Notes under the pieces: generated by a model
The model's input: the letters and a program-made list of their open reading frames with translations, nothing else
Told to the model about the DNA's origin: nothing
Databases searched by the model: none
DNA from: a bacterium
GTDB lineage: Bacteria > Patescibacteriota > Dojkabacteria > SC72 > WJKH01
NCBI GenBank assembly: GCA_029547225.1
Contig: JAKPPS010000052.1
Span: 1 to 63,219 of the forward strand
DNA: 63,219 nt
Direction of reading: 5' to 3'
Translations under genes and position numbers: made by a program
In this document: positions 1 to 7,552 of the stretch, piece after piece
Layout: each line of letters opens with the position of its first letter
Position numbering within the stretch: position 1 is the stretch's first letter

Positions 1-130
1 CCCCAGACCCCTCCTGCGGGCGGGAAGAAAGCCGAGGCGGGGCAATTCCATTTCCCCAGAAAAATAGTTTGCCCCGCCGAGTCCAAATTAGTTTTCAGGA
101 TTCTCGTCAAAAAATGTTCGAACTTCGTTC
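1..130. other. GC-rich structured segment cut by the window edge (10-bp GC hairpin 36-45/69-78)
   Basis: GC clearly above the AT-rich background. ggcggggcaa (36-45) pairs with ttgccccgcc (69-78). GGGCGGGA at 18-25 is the inverted form of TCCCGCCC, which ends both downstream repeats. Confidence 0.35.
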
Positions 131-142
131 AAAAAACACCGT

Positions 143-182
143 GTTTCGATAAACTTGCCACTTGTGGTGAGATTATCGAAAC
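143..182. repeat. Inverted repeat/hairpin (10-bp stem) immediately upstream of repeat copy 1
   Basis: gtttcgataa (143-152) is the exact reverse complement of ttatcgaaac (173-182). There is an inner ccac/gtgg stem. Confidence 0.7.
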
Positions 183-198
183 AGTTGAAAATCGATTT

Positions 199-324
199 GA
201 ACCCTCACGAAGTGAGAGGGTTCGCGAGATACCCAAAGAATGAGGAGTGAAACGACGAAATGATTTGTTGGTGTCGAGTTGGCAGTCCTTAAAAATTTAT
301 TGCGCCCTGCCTGGCTCCCGCCCC
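199..324. repeat. GC-rich ~126-nt structured repeat, copy 1 (candidate ncRNA or MITE-like unit)
   Basis: About 90% identical to 390-514. Contains the hairpin gaaccctcac-gaa-gtgagagggttc and, on the minus strand, a GGCAG...CTGCC stem. Noncoding. Confidence 0.85.
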
Positions 325-330
325 TTCCGT

Positions 331-373
331 ATGTATCAAAACAAAGTCCTAACAGTAGTTTGTTTTGATACAT
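331..373. repeat. Perfect 15-bp-stem hairpin in the spacer between the two repeat copies
   Basis: atgtatcaaaacaaa (331-345) is the exact reverse complement of tttgttttgatacat (359-373). The loop is 13 nt. Confidence 0.85.
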
Positions 374-389
374 ATTGAGTGTATGGTAA

Positions 390-514
390 GAACCCTCACA
401 AAGTGAGAGGGTTCGCGAGATACCCAAAGAATGAGGAGTGAAACCGACGAAATGATTTGAAGGTAGCGAGTTGGCAGTCCTTAGAAATTAATTCGCTCTG
501 CCTGGCTCCCGCCC
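390..514. repeat. GC-rich ~125-nt structured repeat, copy 2
   Basis: Direct repeat of 199-324 with a 191-bp period. Differences are a loop substitution (cacGaag vs cacAaag), one 1-nt insertion, one 1-nt deletion, and changes clustered in two short blocks. Confidence 0.85.
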
Positions 515-607
515 TATAAACTTACAATAGTTGCTAATTAGTGCAATATTTTTTTTGAATCAGAGGAAATAATTTTCGAGAAAATGACAGCCAAAATATT
601 GATTAAA

Positions 608-1021
608 TTAGCTATCTTGACTAGCTATCATTTTTAATACAAGGGCTTCAATCTCATCACGGATTTGCCTTAACTCTTCATAAGATCTTTGATACGGATC
701 AAGTATTTCATTATAAATAACCTTTTTAGACGAATTCTTAATATATTCCGGAACAATCTCTGAGGAACATAGTACAACAATTTCATCTATCTCATCTATT
801 ATTTCTTGGTTTAAAGGCTTTATCTTTTGCCCAGTGATATCTATACCCTTCTCACTCATAACCTCAAAAACGTGCGGAGTTGGTGTAAAATTATATTTTT
901 CTCCCACATCATCAACTCCAGCGCTTATTGCATATTTCCCTTTCGAATAATGATTATAAAAAGCTTCAGCTATCTGGCTACGACCGATATTTGCTTGGCA
1001 TATAAAAAGCACTTTTTTCAT
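608..1021 (-). CDS. Low-molecular-weight protein-tyrosine phosphatase / ArsC-family phosphatase
   Basis: N-terminal MKKVLFICQANIGRSQ matches the C-x5-R(S) P-loop of LMW-PTP/arsenate reductase. Size of 137 aa fits. Confidence 0.8.
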   Translation of the reverse strand: MKKVLFICQANIGRSQIAEAFYNHYSKGKYAISAGVDDVGEKYNFTPTPHVFEVMSEKGIDITGQKIKPLNQEIIDEIDEIVVLCSSEIVPEYIKNSSKKVIYNEILDPYQRSYEELRQIRDEIEALVLKMIASQDS

Positions 1022-1050
1022 TAGTTATGTAATTATTAACATATTAATTA

Positions 1051-1710
1051 TTATTGGCTCTGATCCTTATATTCAATTAAAGGATTATACATCATCAAAG
1101 CGTGATTTTCAGTAATAAACTCCTCTCTGATCTCAAAATCGGTTTTTTTATCTATCACAGAACGAAAGATTTTATTGTTTCGAGAATATCCACCAAACCA
1201 CTCTTTCTTAAACTCATGATCCTTCTCGAATACTTTGTATTTAAATTCGATAGGCTTATCAGAAAGCCATCTACCAATTAGATAAGTATCATCAATTTCA
1301 AGAGATAATTGGAAATCTTGCTGAGTATTATTTCTAATCTGCAAGTCAAGATTAGGATAAGCACAAGTCGCTCCACTTCCAAACGGTTGATCTCGTTTTA
1401 CATCTGGAAAAACATCATAACTATGTCGCCACCGCTCCACTACACTCAGAGGAGAATGCAGGGTAATCCAGAAAATCAGATTAGATAATTGACAAAGTCC
1501 TCCCCCTATAGCCGAAAGCACTTTTCCATTATTCAAAACCATACCTTCCAAATAACCTTTTTTTACAGTTGGTTTACCAATTAAGCGCCAGTATGAAAAT
1601 GTTTGCCCAGGTTTAACTACAATGCCATCGAGTTTTTTTATTGCAATCTTAAGATTTTCGATTTTGTTTTCTTGCATCCACATATCAACATCTTTTAATT
1701 TACGACGCAA
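1051..1710 (-). CDS. VanW family protein (5' end probably lies upstream, start codon unclear)
   Basis: PGQTFSYW and GGGLCQLSNLIFW are VanW-domain signatures. The frame stays open to 1875 with VanW-like N-terminal sequence but no ATG/GTG/TTG. Confidence 0.75.
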   Translation of the reverse strand: MRRKLKDVDMWMQENKIENLKIAIKKLDGIVVKPGQTFSYWRLIGKPTVKKGYLEGMVLNNGKVLSAIGGGLCQLSNLIFWITLHSPLSVVERWRHSYDVFPDVKRDQPFGSGATCAYPNLDLQIRNNTQQDFQLSLEIDDTYLIGRWLSDKPIEFKYKVFEKDHEFKKEWFGGYSRNNKIFRSVIDKKTDFEIREEFITENHALMMYNPLIEYKDQSQ

Positions 1711-2127
1711 AATCGTTTTATGAAAGAAAATTTCAACAGGTAGCTTAGTCTTGAATTCAGTTGCAAAATTTACTCTTGAGATATACCAGTAGAGATATCT
1801 TAAAAGTGAGTAAAACGAATTTCCTAAAAATAATCTTAGTTTTGATCTTTTAATTGGTTTCTTAATTTTAACAACCTAATAATACTTTATCTTTTATAAT
1901 GCTAAATACCTATTATCCACTCAGTTTTCATGTTAATTAATTGATGATTTCTAGAGGGAATAAATCATTAGATATTAACCTTAATTATATCATTTTTTTG
2001 TTATTACACAATCAACACGAGCTCAGCTAATATATAAATATCACCCTTGAAAATAATAATTTTCATTTAATTGCAAAATGATTATAGATATAATAAAATT
2101 AGCTATTAAGATATAATTACGGATAAT

Positions 2128-2736
2128 ATGGCAGAGAAATATATTAAGAGCGAAAAGAAGGCAAAGGTCACAAAGAAGACCCCAACTTCTACAAACAGCT
2201 CAGAAAATAAAAATTTCAGTGAATCGAAAACCACTTCTAATACAACTGGTCAGAGTGCTAACACAGATACAAACACTCAATCAGTAAATAATGGACCGAC
2301 TTATTCAAATAGAGTTACTCGTAACGAGAGTGATAAAATTCTAGGTGGTGTTGCATCTGGTATTGCACGATATATTAATGTTGATCCTTTGATAATCAGA
2401 TTAGCTTTTGTCGCATTAATATTTGGAGAAGGTTTAGGTATTATTATCTATTTAGTATTATGGATTTTGATCCCATCGGAAAAGAGTACGCAGCAAGAAA
2501 CGAAAAAGGTAATTAGTGAGAATGCCAAGGACATTGAGCATCAAGCTGAACAGATTACCAACAATATGCAGAAAAACACTAACAAGAATACTGCAAAAAT
2601 TATTTTGGGTTCGATATTGATTTTAATCGGTTTATTAATCCAACTAAATATTCTAGGTTTATCGATTGACTTTAGTTGGGCTTGGCCAATTATCATTATT
2701 GCAATTGGTTTAATAATAATTTTTAAGAGGAACTAA
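2128..2736 (+). CDS. PspC domain-containing membrane protein
   Basis: ILGGVASGIARYINVDPLIIRLAFVALIF...IIIYLVLWILIP is a PspC-domain signature. It has a low-complexity N-terminus and C-terminal TM helices. Confidence 0.85.
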   Translation: MAEKYIKSEKKAKVTKKTPTSTNSSENKNFSESKTTSNTTGQSANTDTNTQSVNNGPTYSNRVTRNESDKILGGVASGIARYINVDPLIIRLAFVALIFGEGLGIIIYLVLWILIPSEKSTQQETKKVISENAKDIEHQAEQITNNMQKNTNKNTAKIILGSILILIGLLIQLNILGLSIDFSWAWPIIIIAIGLIIIFKRN

Positions 2737-2737
2737 A

Positions 2738-3877
2738 ATGGAAGATAATAGTAAGAAAGTTTCTGACACACAAGTTGCAACAGCAAATACCTTAAAAAGC
2801 GAAAAGGGAAAAGATTATACTTTTGCCATAATACTAATAATTGTCGGAGCCATATTTTTGTTAAATAATCTTGGAATCTTACCTTGGAATTTTTGGTTAA
2901 GTATTCTTCAATTCTGGCCAATCTTCTTAATATTGCTCGGTCTCAAAATGGTGTTTGGAAATTCAAGGATTGCTAACATTATATTGTCGATATTTATTGT
3001 CCTTGTTGTAGGTGTATTAATTTTATTGGCAGTGATAATAAATAATCAAAACATTTTTAATGGACTTGGAAGTAAGATTCCAGCGATATCACAAATCTTT
3101 AACCCAGAAGCACAAGTTCGAGAAGAAAAGGTATCTATCGATATTCCATCTGATAAACTTATTGAAAATCGAAAATTTGACTTTGATTTTGGCGCAGGTG
3201 ATTTTAATATTGTTGATGAAAAAGAACTTACAAAATCCCTCGAATTAAATGCCAAATATGTTGATGGTTTAGGTTATCCTGTGACTAGTAACGATGTTAG
3301 CGGTAACACTCAAGAAATCGGGTTTGAAACAAAATCGGAAGTATTCAGAGGTTTAAAAACATTATACATAATCAACGAAATGAAATATGATTTCACAATT
3401 GGACAAACTGGTATCCCTGCTGATTTTCTGATTAACCTTGGTGCAGGGACAGCGAAATTTGATTTTAGTGATTTAAAAATCAATTCTTTCGAATATTCTC
3501 AAGGAGCAGGTACCGGTGACATTACCTTTAGCGAAAATTCATTACCTGAGACTCTTGATATTGAAGTCGGTGCAGGTACATTAAAAATATACCTACCTGA
3601 AAATGCTCAATATAATTTTGAGTATAATATCGGTGCAGGAACAGTGAAATTTGATGGACAAAGACTAGTTACCGGAGATGGTAGCCGTAAGAGTGAAAAC
3701 TTTGACAAAGATAATGGTATTACAATAAATCTAGATTTGGGTGCAGGCACTGTTGATATAGTATTTGTTGAAAGCACTGATTCAGAAGAAGATGTTGATG
3801 ATGTTATTGTGGATAATGATTCTAAACAAGACGTTGAATCTGTTGATCAAGATAAGACCGATTCAATAACAGAATAG
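2738..3877 (+). CDS. LiaF-like cell-envelope stress protein (DUF5668-type TM region plus toast-rack repeats)
   Basis: N-terminal TM pair (IVGAIFLLNNLGILPW...WPIFLILLGLKMVF). Repeated GAGT/GAGD beta-strand motifs (LGAGTAKFDF, VGAGTLKIYLP, IGAGTVKFDG, LGAGTVDIVF). The start is 1 nt after the PspC stop. Confidence 0.7.
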   Translation: MEDNSKKVSDTQVATANTLKSEKGKDYTFAIILIIVGAIFLLNNLGILPWNFWLSILQFWPIFLILLGLKMVFGNSRIANIILSIFIVLVVGVLILLAVIINNQNIFNGLGSKIPAISQIFNPEAQVREEKVSIDIPSDKLIENRKFDFDFGAGDFNIVDEKELTKSLELNAKYVDGLGYPVTSNDVSGNTQEIGFETKSEVFRGLKTLYIINEMKYDFTIGQTGIPADFLINLGAGTAKFDFSDLKINSFEYSQGAGTGDITFSENSLPETLDIEVGAGTLKIYLPENAQYNFEYNIGAGTVKFDGQRLVTGDGSRKSENFDKDNGITINLDLGAGTVDIVFVESTDSEEDVDDVIVDNDSKQDVESVDQDKTDSITE

Positions 3878-3954
3878 ATTAAATATCTTTTTCTATTTGA
3901 AGTAACTGATAGAGAAAGCAGGATTTTATTCGACAGTGTGTTTGTGACAAATAC

Positions 3955-4470
3955 TTAGAAGGATTTACATTCAGGGATTTTTATTGAATCAATGATACTT
4001 TTAAAATGTTCATTCTCTGAGTTCTGCTCAATTTTATCGTGATTAATCAAATATTCGTCAGAGTACTCCACCTGTAATTTCGTTATTTCAATACATCGCA
4101 TATTGACTGAACCTAATCTTAAATACCCGCGCAAGTTAATGTTGCTCTGATTCTCAGTATTACCTTCTAACTCCGCATATTTAACCAGCAAGTAGTTTTT
4201 TGTATCCGGATCTATAACTTTTACAGAATAATATCCTTCTTCGATTAGATAATTTGGTGGATACTCAAAAGTAAAACCGAAGCTTTGATTGATATAAAAG
4301 TGATTTCCAGTTTTTGACGAAATAGCGTTTTCTGATTGGTAGCTGTAAACACTAAAAATTATCAGCAAAAGCAAAGCTATTATTGCAATGACTGCAACAA
4401 TATCATACATAATATTCAGAAAACGATTTTTATTCTTTTTTACATTTATCGGTGCGGTTACTTCGTACAT
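3955..4470 (-). CDS. Hypothetical protein with N-terminal membrane anchor
   Basis: A single hydrophobic helix (IVAVIAIIALLLLIIFSVY) near the N-terminus. No recognisable family. Confidence 0.55.
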   Translation of the reverse strand: MYEVTAPINVKKNKNRFLNIMYDIVAVIAIIALLLLIIFSVYSYQSENAISSKTGNHFYINQSFGFTFEYPPNYLIEEGYYSVKVIDPDTKNYLLVKYAELEGNTENQSNINLRGYLRLGSVNMRCIEITKLQVEYSDEYLINHDKIEQNSENEHFKSIIDSIKIPECKSF

Positions 4471-4496
4471 CTTTATTTACCTAAATTAAGTTTTTT

Positions 4497-4883
4497 CTAT
4501 TTGATTGGCAGTAATTGCTGCTCTGCCCTTTTCTTCTCAACTTTTTTGTTCAATTTAGAATCTGATACTGACTGAGTAGTTTTTGATGATATATTGTTTT
4601 TTGCACTTATTTCTTTCTCGATATCTTTGATTTTCCACAAGAATAGTCGCCCTTTATTTTTAGCATTAGGGTAATCTATCGCGAATGAAAAAGCTTTTTC
4701 TAAAATCGCCCTTGGCTTATTCTTAGCTAATTTAATATACATAGAAACTCGCTTTAAGTCATCAAGTTTTAGAGCTAACCTATACCCGTAATCCTGAAAT
4801 TCTTTTGAAACATACTTATGCCGGTCAATAAACTGCTTTTTAATTTCTTCTTTATCTTGTAAAATACTTTTGATCCCTTGCAT
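4497..4883 (-). CDS. Hypothetical basic protein
   Basis: 128-aa ORF in a coding-dense context. No motif recognised. Confidence 0.5.
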   Translation of the reverse strand: MQGIKSILQDKEEIKKQFIDRHKYVSKEFQDYGYRLALKLDDLKRVSMYIKLAKNKPRAILEKAFSFAIDYPNAKNKGRLFLWKIKDIEKEISAKNNISSKTTQSVSDSKLNKKVEKKRAEQQLLPIK

Positions 4884-4921
4884 ATTTATATTCTATCAAA
4901 TATCGTATAATTTGAGTATAA

Positions 4922-6016
4922 TTGAAAATGGAAAAGATAAAAATCAAAAAGAATATATCTGTTGTTCCTTCAGAAAAAGGTAATGATCGGAACAAAGAAA
5001 ATTTAAATACTAAAGCTATAATTAGCCAGCGAGATCATTCGATCGATTTCGCTCGAGGGATTGCAATAATATTAATGGTATTTACTCATGTAAATGGACT
5101 TATGTATTTTGAACCTAAAGCTCCTCTTGACTGGATTACTTTCGCAGGTGCGACAGTATGCTTCTCCTTGTTTCTGTTCTGTTTTAGCTATGTATATGGT
5201 ATGAAGGCTGAGAAAGGTTATCATTACTTTAAAGAGATTATGAGAATATTATTAATATTACTGGTATATTTTATACTTGGTTTTATTGCATATTTTTTTC
5301 TTCATGGAGAGATTGTAAATATCGTAAAGCTTATTACATTTCAAGTTTTTCCTGAATTCACCGAATTCTTAATTGCTTTTGTACTTACCGGTCTTCTTTT
5401 TTTATTAATCGGTAAATATCTTGTTAAACTAAAGAAGTATACAAAAACAATTATTACAGTAGCCATTATCTCCTATGTCCTTGCAATATTTCTTTCTAAA
5501 CTTGACTTTGGCATTTTCAATAACTTAAAAGCCTTAACATTCGGTGATACAAACATTCACGCCTTCCCTATTTTTGCATATATGCCAATAGCTTTGCTTG
5601 GATTTTTCTGGAGCCATATTGAAGAAACATATAAGTCGAAAATCAGCCTAATTGTAATCGCTCTCTTTTCATTTTTCTCACTTACGATTATTAACACTAC
5701 TGTACTTGGAGGTTGGTATAGATGGCCGCCATCTATTTCCTTCATTTTGTGGGGAGTATTTGCGGTTGCTTTATCAATATTCTGTTACAAGATTTCTCCT
5801 ATGATAGTTAAAGATATTATTACTCGTATTGGCAGACATTCACTAAGCGCTTTCATTATAAGTACTATCAGTATTATCGGGGTTTATTACATAGTTGGAT
5901 GGACTCAGTACCCAGCTTACTTTGTTTTCATATTAAGCTTATGTAATCTAGGTTTCTTATATATTTACGATCTATTGGTTGAAGGGATAAAGATCAATTC
6001 AAGAAAAATCCATTAA
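4922..6016 (+). CDS. Integral membrane acyltransferase-like protein (DUF1624 / acyltransferase_3-like)
   Basis: RDHSIDFARGIAIILMVFTH resembles the R..ID..RG.A...M...H opening of this family. About 9-10 TM helices. ATG at 4928 is a likelier start than TTG at 4922. Confidence 0.6.
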   Translation: MKMEKIKIKKNISVVPSEKGNDRNKENLNTKAIISQRDHSIDFARGIAIILMVFTHVNGLMYFEPKAPLDWITFAGATVCFSLFLFCFSYVYGMKAEKGYHYFKEIMRILLILLVYFILGFIAYFFLHGEIVNIVKLITFQVFPEFTEFLIAFVLTGLLFLLIGKYLVKLKKYTKTIITVAIISYVLAIFLSKLDFGIFNNLKALTFGDTNIHAFPIFAYMPIALLGFFWSHIEETYKSKISLIVIALFSFFSLTIINTTVLGGWYRWPPSISFILWGVFAVALSIFCYKISPMIVKDIITRIGRHSLSAFIISTISIIGVYYIVGWTQYPAYFVFILSLCNLGFLYIYDLLVEGIKINSRKIH

Positions 6017-6070
6017 TTATGTAATTATATTTTTGCTTTCTCGTATAATAATTTATAGCAAACAAATGAT

Positions 6071-7507
6071 ATGAAAATAACTGCAGTTGCAAAAAAGACA
6101 GTTCAGAAGAAAACTAAAGGAGTGAGGTATTCTTTTCGCAGGATTAATCTTATCATAGCGATGCTAATTACTGCATTAATAGCTTCTTTATCGGCTAATT
6201 ATGCAATAAGTACACCTGAGCAGGAATATTTACCTGAACAACAAAGTGGAAATGTAATTGATCTTAGTAAGTTAGAACTTTGTGATCGATTTAATTTAGA
6301 ATCAGATTACTTGATCCAAGATATTCAGTTGAGTAAAAATTGGGTACTAGTAGGAAATATAATTGATACTAATATGGGAAAACAGGATGTATCTGTAAGG
6401 TTATCACCTAAAAGTGCAAGATACTTTGACGCTTCTAATCCAATCGCCTTGACATATGAAATCAAGGATACTTCTGTAAGAGGTACTTTAGTTCAAAAGG
6501 AAGATATGTATACTTACGCATCTGAGATCGATACCTCAACATTAAATCCTGGAATATATTCAATTGTAATATCTGTATTCTTCCCTTGCGATAAGGTTGA
6601 ACTTGCGTCATCAGATTTTAATGTCAGTCAACCGATATATGTAACTTGGACTTTTGACTGGGAAGGTTACGACGTAAATCAGCAGTATCTGGATGATATG
6701 GCATATATTTCTGACACATTCCACATGCCTATGACACATTTTTTTAACCCTCGCCTGCTTATGACATCAACTGTTTCACAAGATCGCAAAAATTATCTTC
6801 TTTCATGGATCAATAATCGAATATCGAATAATGGGGATTCTATGGGTATGCATATGCATGGACTCTATGATTTTGTTGAAGGTGCCGGCGTAGAAAAATC
6901 TACTACTCCACGGTGGGGTGATAATTCTACTGATGGATATGATATACCAATTACTAATTATTCATACGAAGACATGATTAAACTACTGACCTACGCGAAA
7001 GATCTTTTTGAATTATATGGAATTCCCCAACCAAAATTTTTTAGAGCTGGTGGATGGTTTGCAAATTATGATGTACTTATGGCAATTAGAGACAGTGGCT
7101 TTCTTGCAGATTCCTCAGGAAGAACATATTACAAGATAGGTAACTTTGGTGTACCAGGATTTTGGAATCTTCAATCTACGACGCAACCTTATCAGATAAA
7201 TCTATATGATCAAAATATTTCCGGTGAACCATATTTGGGTTTAATGGAGTTTCCTAATAATGGTGCAGATTCATGGGCATTTACCTCAGATCAGATGATT
7301 AAAAGATTTACAGATAATTATTCTGGTGGCATTTCTGGTGAAACCAAACTAGTAACATATTTAAGTCACCCACATTGGTTTTATGTTGATAAGCAGAAAA
7401 TGATAGATATTTTTACATATATTGAACAGTATAAATATTCTGAAGATAAAGGCCCAGTAGTATATATCAATATGGATCAAGCATATCAGATTTGGTGTAG
7501 TAATTAA
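6071..7507 (+). CDS. Membrane-anchored extracellular protein, polysaccharide deacetylase-like (tentative)
   Basis: N-terminal anchor (INLIIAMLITALIASLSA). TWTFDWEG, MGMHMHG and FFRAGGWFANYD loosely resemble NodB/CE4-type motifs. Confidence 0.45.
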   Translation: MKITAVAKKTVQKKTKGVRYSFRRINLIIAMLITALIASLSANYAISTPEQEYLPEQQSGNVIDLSKLELCDRFNLESDYLIQDIQLSKNWVLVGNIIDTNMGKQDVSVRLSPKSARYFDASNPIALTYEIKDTSVRGTLVQKEDMYTYASEIDTSTLNPGIYSIVISVFFPCDKVELASSDFNVSQPIYVTWTFDWEGYDVNQQYLDDMAYISDTFHMPMTHFFNPRLLMTSTVSQDRKNYLLSWINNRISNNGDSMGMHMHGLYDFVEGAGVEKSTTPRWGDNSTDGYDIPITNYSYEDMIKLLTYAKDLFELYGIPQPKFFRAGGWFANYDVLMAIRDSGFLADSSGRTYYKIGNFGVPGFWNLQSTTQPYQINLYDQNISGEPYLGLMEFPNNGADSWAFTSDQMIKRFTDNYSGGISGETKLVTYLSHPHWFYVDKQKMIDIFTYIEQYKYSEDKGPVVYINMDQAYQIWCSN

Positions 7508-7552
7508 TATTTTTAAACTTCTTACTTGATAAAAAGATAACAAAGGAAAAGT

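Noticed and set aside
173-427. 84-aa ORF on the minus strand across the GC-rich repeats
   Set aside because: It spans repeat copy 1, the spacer hairpin and part of copy 2. The reading frame is not preserved between the copies (an indel is present), so it looks like an artefact of GC-rich noncoding sequence.
199-514. CRISPR array
   Set aside because: The repeats are about 126 nt, far longer than CRISPR repeats. There are only two copies, the 65-nt spacer is itself a perfect hairpin, and no cas genes are in the window.
199-514. Diversity-generating retroelement template/variable repeat pair
   Set aside because: The copies differ by indels and by substitutions not restricted to adenines. Neither copy lies in a credible coding region, and no reverse transcriptase is visible.
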